This document shows, in pieces, positions 1-8,706 of a DNA stretch of 26,928 nt. The stretch is from positions 1-26,928 of the forward strand of contig JANNWY010000302.1 in NCBI GenBank assembly GCA_031409335.1. Reading direction: 5' to 3'. Under the pieces are notes generated by a model. The model made no database searches. It had not been told where the DNA came from and saw only the letters and a list, made by a program, of their open reading frames with translations. The stretch's first letter is position 1. Every line of letters starts with the position of its first letter. A program made the position numbers and the translations under genes. Source of the stretch: Chthoniobacteraceae bacterium (GTDB taxonomy: Bacteria; Verrucomicrobiota; Verrucomicrobiia; Chthoniobacterales; Chthoniobacteraceae).

Positions 1-2
1 AC

Positions 3-272
3 ACCGCCGGCCTCATCCCCACCGACGCGACTTCCGTCTTCCGCCTGCGTCTCGAAGCCGTCCCCGGCCAGCCCGGCCAGAAGAACGTGATCTTCAGCCC
101 GCGCATCCCTGGTCGCAGCTACGCCGTGAAAGCCAAGCCGAGCCTGCTCACCGGCAGCTTCGTGACGTTGGGCAGTTCCTCCATTTCCGACGCCGGCCAG
201 GAACGCACCGTCACCGACCTCAACGCGAGCGGCACGACGAGGGTTTACCAGGTCGAGATCACGAGGCCGTAA
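3..272 (+). CDS. 3' end (partial) of a probable secreted protein with a Verrucomicrobia-type C-terminal beta domain
   Basis: Frame is open from the window edge (TAGLIPTDATSVFRL...VIFSPRIPGRSYAV...RVYQVEITRP*). Pattern G-x-x-Y-x-V...L...R-x-Y-x-V near the C-terminus. Confidence 0.7.
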   Translation, partial: TAGLIPTDATSVFRLRLEAVPGQPGQKNVIFSPRIPGRSYAVKAKPSLLTGSFVTLGSSSISDAGQERTVTDLNASGTTRVYQVEITRP

Positions 273-349
273 CCAAGAAGCGACCGCCGACCCACCAAGT
301 CGTCTCGCCGCGCTGGACGCTGCCGCCGGAATCGTCTCATCCTTTTCCG

Positions 350-1849
350 ATGAGTACGACACACCAAATTCATCTCGGCATTGACCTCGGCGCGGAAAGC
401 GGGCGTGTGATGGCGGGCGTGTGGGATGGCGCGACGATGCGGCTGGAAGAACTCCATCGTTTTCAAAACGGCGGCGTGGAAATCGCGGGCTCGCTGCGCT
501 GGGATGTGCTGCGACTTTGGGCGGAAATCCAGAACGGGTTGACGATCGCGGGGCAGCGGTTTGGCGACGCGATTGTGTCGATCGGCGTGGATACGTGGGG
601 CGTGGATTACGTGCTGCTCTCGAAGTCGGACGAACTGCTCGGCATGCCCTACACGCATCGCGACGCCCGCACGCGCGGGCTTCTCGCGAAAACGTGTGAG
701 TGTGTCCCGCGCGCGGAAATCTTCGCGCAAACCGGCGCGCAGTTTTTGGAAATCAACACGCTCTTCCAACTAGTCGCCACCCAGCGCGATCACCCCGAAA
801 TCTTCGCTGCTGCGGATTGTTTCCTGATGATCCCGGATTTCCTGAACTGGTGCCTCACCGGCGTGCGCGGCGTCGAATTCACGAACGCGACCACGACCCA
901 GTTCTGCCACCCCGCCACGCGCGGCTGGGCCACGGAACTCCTCGGCGCGCTCGATCTGCCCACACATTTTCTCCCGCCGATCATCGAGCCCGGCACGCAG
1001 CTCGGCGGCCTGCGCGGATCCGTCACGCGACGCACCGGCATTCGCAGCGCGCAAGTCTTTGCCCCCGCCACGCACGACACCGGCTCCGCCGTCGCCGGCG
1101 TCCCCACGCGCCGCACGGGCCGCGCGGATTGGGCTTACATCAGCTCCGGCACCTGGTCGCTGCTCGGCGTCGAAGTGCCCAATGCCATCCTCACGCCCGG
1201 CGTGCTCGCACGAAATCTAACGAATGAAGGCGGAATCGACGGGACCTATCGCCTGCTCAAAAACATCATGGGCCTCTGGCTCGTGCAGCAGTGCAAACGC
1301 GCCTTCGATGCCGAGGGGAAAACGTACGACTATTCCGAAATCGTGCAGATCGCCGCCGAGGCCACGCCCTTCCGCTCACTCATCAATCCCGACGACACCC
1401 GCTTCCTCAGCCCGGCCAACATGCCCGCAGCCATCCGCGCCTTCTGCCGCGAAACCAGCCAGCCCATCCCCGACACCGACGGCGCGCTGGTGCGCTGTTG
1501 TTTTGAAAGCCTCGCGCTCATGTATGCCACCGTCATCGGCTGGATCGAAGAACTCACAGGCGAACGCATCGAAGTCATCCACATCGTCGGCGGCGGCTCG
1601 CGCAACGCTCTGCTCAAACAATTCACCGCCGACGCCAGCGGCCGCCCCGTCTTTGCCGGCCCGGTCGAGGCAACCGTCTTCGGAAACGTGCTCGTGCAAG
1701 CGCGAGCCCGCGGCGAGATCGGGTCACTAGACGAAATGCGCGCAGTCGTCCGCGCCAGCGGCGGCGTCACGCAATTCGATCCGAAAGATGAGGCCGCGTG
1801 GGCGGTGCCGCGTGCGCGTTTTGCGAGGCAGATCGTCGCTCAAGCGTAA
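350..1849 (+). CDS. rhaB: Rhamnulokinase (FGGY sugar kinase family)
   Basis: Motifs IDLGAESGR, GVDTWGVDY, THDTGSAV, YISSGTWSLLG, TNEGG, LKNIMGLW, IVGGGS, GPVEAT. Confidence 0.92.
   Translation: MSTTHQIHLGIDLGAESGRVMAGVWDGATMRLEELHRFQNGGVEIAGSLRWDVLRLWAEIQNGLTIAGQRFGDAIVSIGVDTWGVDYVLLSKSDELLGMPYTHRDARTRGLLAKTCECVPRAEIFAQTGAQFLEINTLFQLVATQRDHPEIFAAADCFLMIPDFLNWCLTGVRGVEFTNATTTQFCHPATRGWATELLGALDLPTHFLPPIIEPGTQLGGLRGSVTRRTGIRSAQVFAPATHDTGSAVAGVPTRRTGRADWAYISSGTWSLLGVEVPNAILTPGVLARNLTNEGGIDGTYRLLKNIMGLWLVQQCKRAFDAEGKTYDYSEIVQIAAEATPFRSLINPDDTRFLSPANMPAAIRAFCRETSQPIPDTDGALVRCCFESLALMYATVIGWIEELTGERIEVIHIVGGGSRNALLKQFTADASGRPVFAGPVEATVFGNVLVQARARGEIGSLDEMRAVVRASGGVTQFDPKDEAAWAVPRARFARQIVAQA
1547..1828 (+). 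repeat. Copy 1 of a 282-bp diverged direct repeat (rhaB 3' end)
   Basis: Ungapped alignment with 2641-2922. Hand count is about 46 mismatches (~84% nt), 84/94 aa identical. Confidence 0.95.
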
Positions 1850-1912
1850 AGACATCTAGCGAGCGTCTGCTTCCGGCTCGACAGTCCTGCGTCTCACGGT
1901 GAAAAGACTCTT

Positions 1913-2452
1913 ATGCACTCACGGCCCGGCGCTTTCGTTTCCACTCGTCGCGTTCTTTTTGCCGTTCTCTTCACTCTTCTCGCGTCGGCTGCGCCTGTCC
2001 CGGTCCGCGCCGCAGACGCCACCGAGAAGTTTCTGAAATCCGAACAACTCGGAAGTTTGAAACTTGGCCTGGGGGAGAAGGACGTGCTCAAGCTGCTCGG
2101 TCAGCCGAAAAAGAAGGGCGGCCTCGTTCTGCAGGAAGCCGATGGCATGTGGGTCCAGGAGTGGGAATATCCGGCCGAAGGACTGAGCATCCTCATGGGT
2201 GCCGGGAAAAAGGCCGATGCGAAAGCCATTGCGAACATCAAAGCCAGCGCGCCCTGCACCCTTGCGACCAAAGCTGGCATCCAGATCGGCAGCCCCGCCG
2301 CCGCAGTGGCCAAAGCCTACGTCCGCCATCTCGACAAGGAGAACCCACCCACCGCCGAGCAACTGGTCGTCGGCAGCATCTACGGTGGTATCATCTTCGG
2401 CTTCGAAAAGGGCAAGGTCACCAGCATCTTTTTCGGCGCTGCTGCGGAGTAA
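1913..2452 (+). CDS. Exported hypothetical protein
   Basis: Signal peptide (RRVLFAVLFTLLASAAPVPVRA) and GC3-rich codon usage. No family recognised. Confidence 0.8.
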   Translation: MHSRPGAFVSTRRVLFAVLFTLLASAAPVPVRAADATEKFLKSEQLGSLKLGLGEKDVLKLLGQPKKKGGLVLQEADGMWVQEWEYPAEGLSILMGAGKKADAKAIANIKASAPCTLATKAGIQIGSPAAAVAKAYVRHLDKENPPTAEQLVVGSIYGGIIFGFEKGKVTSIFFGAAAE

Positions 2453-2496
2453 CCGCGACCCTGCAAAAACCCCGTAAAAACAACCTGTAAGCAAGT

Positions 2497-2650
2497 TTAC
2501 CCCAAGCTGGCGCTTAAACCGCCCGCTTCTACAGCATGCATGGCCCGCACGAACAACTCGATGAAGATTATCGAAGACGTCCGCAAATACGCCGCCGAAA
2601 ACGTGTTCTCCGAGCAAGAGGCCGTAACGAAAAGCATGGAGAAGAAGTCA
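2497..2650 (+). pseudogene. thiC: Decayed 3' fragment of phosphomethylpyrimidine synthase ThiC
   Basis: Reads LPQAGA*TARFYSMHGPH, then a frameshift, then NSMKIIEDVRKYAAENVFSEQEAVTKSMEKKS. This matches the recalled ThiC C-terminus (LP.EGAKTAHFCSMCGP.FCSMKITEDVRKYAAE...GMEEKS). In-frame TAA at 2515-2517. Confidence 0.85.
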
Positions 2651-2955
2651 CCGGCGAACGCATCGAAGTCATCCACATCGTCGATGGCGGCTCGCGCAAT
2701 GCGCTGCTCAATCAATTCACCGCCGACGCCAGCGGGTGCCCCGTCTTCGCCGGCCCGGTCGAGGCGACCGTCTTCGGCAACGTACTCGTGCAAGCGCGGG
2801 CGCGCGGCAAGATCGGCTCGCTCGATGAAATGCGCGGAGTCGTCCGCGCGTCTGGAGGTGTCACACAATTCGACCCAAAAAACGACGCCGCTTGGACCGA
2901 ACCCCGCGCCCGCTTCGCCCGCCTGAATCGCGATAGTCTTATGAAGAGACGATAG
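2641..2955 (+). pseudogene. rhaB: Displaced second copy of the rhaB 3' end
   Basis: EEVTGERIEVIHIVDGGSRN...PRARFAR. Lacks the first ~400 codons, and the GGG motif is changed to DGG. Confidence 0.92.
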
Positions 2956-3412
2956 ATCGCACCTTTTTTGCGACTTCCGTCCAGCCAACATCGCGGCGAT
3001 CACGATTGCCGTAAATGGGGCGACCGTGGGCAGGGCAGGCATTGAGCTTGGAAAAGAGCGCAGTTTGCCAGTCGCACGTCCCGATTATGATTGGAAGCAC
3101 CACCGCCTCTTTCCTGCGATGGCGCTTCAATGCTTCAGTCACCTCGATTTTGTAGCAGTAGTAGGAGTCAATGAAGCGCGCGCTTACCAACAGTAGAATA
3201 ACATCCGCCTTTTTTAAGTGGTCCTTGATGTCCTGATCCCAAGGGATACGCTGGTCGATGAGGCCGTCGTGCCAAATGGAGATAAGTCCCTCGTGCACGA
3301 GCAGCGCAAGATGTTGCCGCAATTCATCGCTCCGGCGCGTGTCTTTGTGAGAGTAGCTGATGAAGCCGAGGAGCGGCCTGCGCTTTGGCTTACGACGTTT
3401 CTTAGCGGGCAT
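2939..3412 (-). CDS. Standalone TIR domain protein (TIR_2-like)
   Basis: FISYSHKD, IWHD, ADVILLLVS..FIDS.YCY.IE (putative catalytic Glu kept), VLPII. The ATG at 3412 overlaps the upstream gene end by 11 nt. Confidence 0.9.
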   Translation of the reverse strand: MPAKKRRKPKRRPLLGFISYSHKDTRRSDELRQHLALLVHEGLISIWHDGLIDQRIPWDQDIKDHLKKADVILLLVSARFIDSYYCYKIEVTEALKRHRRKEAVVLPIIIGTCDWQTALFSKLNACPAHGRPIYGNRDRRDVGWTEVAKKVRSIVSS

Positions 3413-5639
3413 TAGTGGATTCGCTGCTAGTCGCAAAATGAAGATCGAACTGCGAGAGCAGTTCGCGCGGGCTGATGTGATGCCACTGTCCCTTCCAATA
3501 CTCCGGGACGTATTTGCCAGCAAAAGAGGTTACCTTTCCATAATCCACAAGCAGCTGCGGCAACTCGGGAACCCGAATCTTCTCGTCCGGTTCCAGCTTC
3601 TTAAAGTTCCGATGAATCTCGTCAAAATGGTCACGAATAATCTCGAGGAGTTCTAAGGCAGCATATCCGTGAGGCGGAGGATCGACTCCCATTCTGCGCT
3701 CCCCAAATACTGGTCTACCATGCACCCGGACCAACACTTGCCGCTCTGCCTCATCCGCCTTCACCAGCGCTCGTGCATTACCCCAGGATAGAACGACGCC
3801 GGTTCGCCAGCGCAGATCGTCCACGATCCTTGTATAGGCGCGCACAATAAAGCGCGGGAGCAGACCCTCGGGGAGCAACCCTCCATAGTGGTATTCAAAG
3901 CATAGACATTTCCCAATCGCAAATTCGTCCCAAAGCTTCGGCTGTTTTTTACCAAGCAGTTCCGGGATGAGGTAATCGCGACCCTCATCGTCCAGCGGAT
4001 AACAGAGATCGAACTTCTTCATCAACCGGACAAGAAAATCGTGCATTGCCACCGGGTAATGCTTCGGATCTAGTACTCGCCCGAGGTCGGCGGGTCTAAG
4101 CACACCGCTGCGTTGTCGAATGCGTTCGTCGTTTAGCAATCTATAAATCCCTTCCGTTACCCACTTGGGATTCAGCACGCTAGTCTCGCTCAGGCGTGGA
4201 TCGTCTCGGTAGTTGAGTGCGATGCCAAGGATGTGGAGGAACTTAGCCAGTTCCACTTGATCCTTTGCATTTTTCTCACCGTATTCCGCGCACACTTCGC
4301 GAAACCGATCAAACGGCATGTAAGGTTCCGGCATGGTCGAAAGCCGGTCCTTAATCTCAAACCAAGACGATGGGAAGACCGCCCGGATGCTGTCCATCCT
4401 ATTGATTTCCTCAATCACTGCCTTGCGCAGCTTGCGGATGCCGAGATTCGTTTTGCAATCCGTTTCGATGAAGGTGCGGATGTTCGGATACTTCTCGCGC
4501 AGCAACTCGTCATTGAGGGTAAAGCGATGTTCCTTGAATTTATTGAGGACCACGATGACGGGCGAGTCGCCGCCGAAGGCAGCGATCATCTTGAGCCAAT
4601 ACTCCGCATCCTCATCCTCACGATCCTCGCGCCCGGCGAGCACCAATACGTACAGAGAGCGTTCCGTGAGGAAAAACTGATGCGTGCCATGCATGATCTC
4701 CTGTCCGCCGAAATCCCAAACGTGGGCCGTCACGTCTCCCGCCTCGCCCGGAACTTCCCATTGCGAGACTTTTATGCCTCGAGTCTTGTGCTTTGCCACA
4801 AATTTCTCGTGAACGAGTTGATGCACCAACGTCGTCTTCCCGACGGCTCCGCGTCCGACGAGGATGAGCTTTGCTTCATTAAGTGCACGCTTCCCTCCAA
4901 GCTCAGTTAGCTTTTTGGCATAGGTGAGAATTGTGGACGCGTCGCGGCTTTGGATGACTTCCTCAGGAAGTTGGAGACGTAGATTGCCTTGAAGCGACAG
5001 CGTTCTCAACTTCGGAAGTTCGTGGAGCACTCCGGGGACGGTCGCAAAGTTATTTTCCGATAGGTAGAGCTTGTTCAGGTTTTGCAGCTTTGCGAATGAC
5101 AGGGGGAGATGCGTAAGTTGATTCTCGTGGAGTGAGATCTCGCGTAATTCTTTTAAATCGCCGATCCACTCGGGCAGTTGGATCAATCGGCTACAATTTA
5201 TCCTCAATTCCACCAGCTTCGTCATTGAGCGCAACCATTCGGGAAACATCGTCTGTCCGGCTTCCTCAATCCAAAGCCGACGAAGTGACTGAATTCTCGG
5301 AATGTATTCGCATCCCGAGATCTCAGGGCTGTGCCCGATGGAAAGAACCTCCAATGCTTTCAATTCGGCGAGCCAATCCGGCAGGGCAATCGGTCCGTTT
5401 CCCCAAAGTTGTAGTTCCCGGAGTCGGCTGAATCGGCGCAGCCAGTCCGGCAGAGTCACAAAGAGGTTTCTGCTAAGCTCCAACTTTTGCACATGCCGTA
5501 GAGTCTGCATGGACTCGGGGAGGCGCTTAAGCCCGAGGCCGCTTAGGTCGAGTTCTGTGGCCGTTTCTTTGGCACAATCCTCAATCCGCCTTTCAGCTTC
5601 CTTAGTCTGCCCAATCGTCATCGACAACCTTAACTTCAC
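3402..5639 (-). CDS. Roco protein: leucine-rich repeats + Roc GTPase + COR domain
   Basis: N-terminal LxxLxLxxN repeats; P-loop GRGAVGKTT; switch KTRGI; WDFGGQE; COR motifs FLHILG, LNPKWVT, LPEGLLPRFIVR, WRTGVVL. GGAAAGGA lies upstream of the GTG start. Confidence 0.93.
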   Translation of the reverse strand: MKLRLSMTIGQTKEAERRIEDCAKETATELDLSGLGLKRLPESMQTLRHVQKLELSRNLFVTLPDWLRRFSRLRELQLWGNGPIALPDWLAELKALEVLSIGHSPEISGCEYIPRIQSLRRLWIEEAGQTMFPEWLRSMTKLVELRINCSRLIQLPEWIGDLKELREISLHENQLTHLPLSFAKLQNLNKLYLSENNFATVPGVLHELPKLRTLSLQGNLRLQLPEEVIQSRDASTILTYAKKLTELGGKRALNEAKLILVGRGAVGKTTLVHQLVHEKFVAKHKTRGIKVSQWEVPGEAGDVTAHVWDFGGQEIMHGTHQFFLTERSLYVLVLAGREDREDEDAEYWLKMIAAFGGDSPVIVVLNKFKEHRFTLNDELLREKYPNIRTFIETDCKTNLGIRKLRKAVIEEINRMDSIRAVFPSSWFEIKDRLSTMPEPYMPFDRFREVCAEYGEKNAKDQVELAKFLHILGIALNYRDDPRLSETSVLNPKWVTEGIYRLLNDERIRQRSGVLRPADLGRVLDPKHYPVAMHDFLVRLMKKFDLCYPLDDEGRDYLIPELLGKKQPKLWDEFAIGKCLCFEYHYGGLLPEGLLPRFIVRAYTRIVDDLRWRTGVVLSWGNARALVKADEAERQVLVRVHGRPVFGERRMGVDPPPHGYAALELLEIIRDHFDEIHRNFKKLEPDEKIRVPELPQLLVDYGKVTSFAGKYVPEYWKGQWHHISPRELLSQFDLHFATSSESTNAR

Positions 5640-5886
5640 GACCGTGCATCCTTTCCAAGATTCGCGAATTTATTTTTCACGCCCGTTCCAACGCCAGTTT
5701 GCGAATCGAGTTTTCGAAGCATGGAGTCCATTTGCAAATATTGATCGTTCGACATCGAGCGCTTTATCTTCCGGTGCATTTAGAAGTCGAGAGGAATAGT
5801 AGAAGCGGATTCCAACAGAGAATCTCGCTCGTTTCACGCAAGATGAGTGAAGGTTTGCCACCCGCACCAATGTCGCCTTTTCGCCC

Positions 5887-6507
5887 TCAAAGCTCCGCAA
5901 TCTTCACATCGCGATACTCACACTTCATCTCCACGCCAGGGTGGATTTGCAGGCCGAGCGGGGCTGCGCCGGAGAATTTTGGGTCGGTGTATTCGGAGGC
6001 TTTCTGGCCGTTGATCCAGCAGGTGAAGGTGTCGCCTTTGGCCTGGATGCGGAAGGTGTTCCATTCGCCTTCGGGTTTCATGAGGTTTTTGGCTCCCTTC
6101 GCCTGGCCGGACTCGGGATAGGCGGGTTTGCCGCCGGTGTAGAAGGAGCCGGTCATGTCCACTTTCAGGCTGCCGGAAATGCCGAGCTGGAGTTGGATCT
6201 TTGGGCTGCGCATTTCGAGGCCGGTATCGACTCCGCGTGGCGGCGCGCCTTTCCAGCGCACATCGAATTCGATGACGAAGTCACGATATTGTTTCTCCGT
6301 GTAGAGATAGTGGCCTTTCTTCGCCGCGTTGTTTTCACCGATCAGGATCCCATTTTCGACGCGCCAGAATTCCTGCGATCCCTCGGCTTTGAAGTTGGTG
6401 AGGTCCTTGCCATTGAAAAGCGGTTCGAGCTTTGGCTCGGCGGCTGAGCCATCGAGGGCGGCGGCGAGGGAGATGAACAGGGTGAGGGCAAGGGAGGAGG
6501 TTTTCAT
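5887..6507 (-). CDS. DUF1080 / 3-keto-disaccharide hydrolase family secreted protein
   Basis: Signal peptide; LFNGKDL, WRVENG, YLYTEKQYRDF, GEWN, GLQIH motifs. Confidence 0.88.
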   Translation of the reverse strand: MKTSSLALTLFISLAAALDGSAAEPKLEPLFNGKDLTNFKAEGSQEFWRVENGILIGENNAAKKGHYLYTEKQYRDFVIEFDVRWKGAPPRGVDTGLEMRSPKIQLQLGISGSLKVDMTGSFYTGGKPAYPESGQAKGAKNLMKPEGEWNTFRIQAKGDTFTCWINGQKASEYTDPKFSGAAPLGLQIHPGVEMKCEYRDVKIAEL

Positions 6508-6752
6508 CGCGGCCACGTTGCCGGTTTCCTCCTGCGGCGGGAAGCGCGTTTTCGCACGCCTTCCGCTCGCTCATCAACCCCGACGACGTTTGAATCAATC
6601 ATGCGCTTTTTTACGTGCGCCCGACGCTGAGGGCGTTGGAAAGAAAAAAGTGAATGGGGCGCGATTCCTGTTGCCTCAATTCTGCATACCACCTATCTCG
6701 CAAAGCGATTTTTCGTCGGCTTCGCTGACGTCGATCGTAGTAGCTCCAACCT

Positions 6753-7853
6753 ATGTTCTCAAAATTTCCTTTCAACCGAGTCAATTGGATCACCAGTTCC
6801 TTCCTCATCGGCACACTGCTTCTGACGCTCACCGCGGTGCCCGCTTACATCTGGCATTTCGGGATCGACTGGTTTCAGGTCGTGCTCTTTTTCGTGATGT
6901 TCTGCGCGTGCGGATTCTCGATCACCCTCGGGTATCACCGGCTGTTTTCGCACCTGTCGTTCCAGGCGCATTGGTCGGTGAAAATGTTCACGTTGATTTT
7001 CGGGGCGGGCGCGTTTGAAAACTCCGCGCTGATGTGGTCATGCGAACATCGGACGCATCACAAGCACGTCGATCACGAGGAAGATCCCTACGCGATTTCA
7101 AAGGGATTTTTCCACGCCCACATGGGCTGGCTGATGTTCAAGCTCCGGCCCGAGCTGACTTACGAAAACGTTGCGGATTTGAAGAAGGACAAGCTGGTCA
7201 TGTGGCAGCATCGGAACGTGATCAAGATCGCCGTGGTGGTCGCGTTCGTCTTCCCGGCGATCCTCGGATATATGTGGGGCGGCTGGCAGTCCGCGCTGGG
7301 AGCATTTCTCCTCGCGGGTGTGGCTCGCGTCGTCGCGCTTCAGCACGCGACTTTCTGCATCAACTCGCTCTGCCACACCATCGGCAAGCGCCCGTATTCC
7401 TCGCAGTGCAGCGCGCGGGATTCCTGGATCACGGCGATCGTCACGTTCGGCGAGGGCTACCACAATTATCACCACGAATTTCAGCACGACTACCGCAACG
7501 GCGTGAAGCCCTGGCAGTTTGATCCGACGAAATGGATCATCTGGACGCTCTCGAAGCTCGGTCTCGCCGGAAGCCTCCGCCGGGTCCCGTCCGAGCGCAT
7601 CCTGCTCGCGCAGCTCGGCGAGGCGCAGCGCCGGATCGAGACCAAACTCAATTCATCGCACCTCACGGAAGATGCGCGTGCCTACATCACCAGCGCGTAT
7701 GAGCGTCTGCTGGCGACGACCAGCGCGTGGGCGCAGCACAAGGCCGAGCAGATCGAGGTGACCCGCGAAATGCTGCTGGAATTGCGCGAGGAAATCCGGT
7801 TCGCGATGCGGACTCTGAAGGAACAGAGCTTTCCGCGAATCGAAGCCGCGTAG
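6753..7853 (+). CDS. Acyl-CoA (delta-9-type) fatty acid desaturase
   Basis: His boxes GYHRLFSH, HRTHH, GEGYHNYHH; INSLCH; DPTKW. Confidence 0.92.
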   Translation: MFSKFPFNRVNWITSSFLIGTLLLTLTAVPAYIWHFGIDWFQVVLFFVMFCACGFSITLGYHRLFSHLSFQAHWSVKMFTLIFGAGAFENSALMWSCEHRTHHKHVDHEEDPYAISKGFFHAHMGWLMFKLRPELTYENVADLKKDKLVMWQHRNVIKIAVVVAFVFPAILGYMWGGWQSALGAFLLAGVARVVALQHATFCINSLCHTIGKRPYSSQCSARDSWITAIVTFGEGYHNYHHEFQHDYRNGVKPWQFDPTKWIIWTLSKLGLAGSLRRVPSERILLAQLGEAQRRIETKLNSSHLTEDARAYITSAYERLLATTSAWAQHKAEQIEVTREMLLELREEIRFAMRTLKEQSFPRIEAA

Positions 7854-7892
7854 TGCGCTGCGCGGGCTGCGCTCGCGTTCGTTTTTCGACTC

Positions 7893-8651
7893 ATGGCGTC
7901 CCGCCAGCCATCGCTCGCCGCGCGCGCGCTGCAGCCGCTCGCGGCCAGTTTGTGGACGCTTTTTCTCGTGTGGACTGCGATCGTCGCCGCGGTCTGGTTG
8001 GGGGAAATCGGCGACACGGATTTGCAGGAGCACATCGCCAATCCGGGGTTGAGAGGCGCGCTGGAACTCATCCTCCGCTCGCTCGACGCCGCGTGGTTCG
8101 TGATCGCGGGTGCAAATGCCTACCTCGTGCTCGCGGAGGTGGAAGGCATCGCGGTCGCGCGGCGGTGGGGCGCGCTGGTGATGGGCGGGGCATGGCTCAT
8201 TTCCGCGGCGAGCGCGTGGACGGCAGTTCCGCTTGGCGCGATTCATTACACCGCGCGTCTCGGGATGCGGATCGGGCCGGTGCCGTTTGGTTTGTTGCTC
8301 CTGTGGCTGGCTTTTGTGCTCGGTGCGCGGGCGCTGGTTTTGCGGCTCGCCCCGCGGGCGAGTCATTTTCAGGTGAGCATCGCCGTCGGGTTCGTTGTCG
8401 CGCTGACTGCCGCGAACCTCGATCCGCTCGCGTGGAAGTTCCGCGCATTCTGGATTTGGCGGACGATGCCGGTGCCGGTCTGGTGGAATCTTGCGAGCTG
8501 GCTGGTGGCTTCGTTCGCGTTCGCGTTTTTCATGCGGGAAACGCGCGTGGCTTCGAGTGCATGGGGTGGTTTTCCCCGGCCAGCGACGGCGCTGATTATT
8601 TTCAATGTCATCTTTCTGCTCGTGCATGCCGCGCGATTTTTCCGCAGTTAG
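7893..8651 (+). CDS. Membrane protein, CruF / carotenoid biosynthesis (DUF422)-like
   Basis: Several hydrophobic helices; PLGAIHYT..LG..IGPVP...W, DPLA and P..N..W motifs. Confidence 0.6.
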   Translation: MASRQPSLAARALQPLAASLWTLFLVWTAIVAAVWLGEIGDTDLQEHIANPGLRGALELILRSLDAAWFVIAGANAYLVLAEVEGIAVARRWGALVMGGAWLISAASAWTAVPLGAIHYTARLGMRIGPVPFGLLLLWLAFVLGARALVLRLAPRASHFQVSIAVGFVVALTAANLDPLAWKFRAFWIWRTMPVPVWWNLASWLVASFAFAFFMRETRVASSAWGGFPRPATALIIFNVIFLLVHAARFFRS

Positions 8652-8706
8652 CCGGACGACGGAAAATATTCCCAAACCTATCGCGGGATGCGAGGTTCTA
8701 ACTGTT

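Noticed and set aside
2536..2955. ORFs 2536-2955 and 2540-2926 as functional genes
   Set aside because: They are chimeric readings of the thiC and rhaB remnants.
5670..5900. Small ORF upstream of the Roco gene as a third component
   Set aside because: No motif, poor start context and overlap with the DUF1080 stop. More likely promoter or intergenic sequence.
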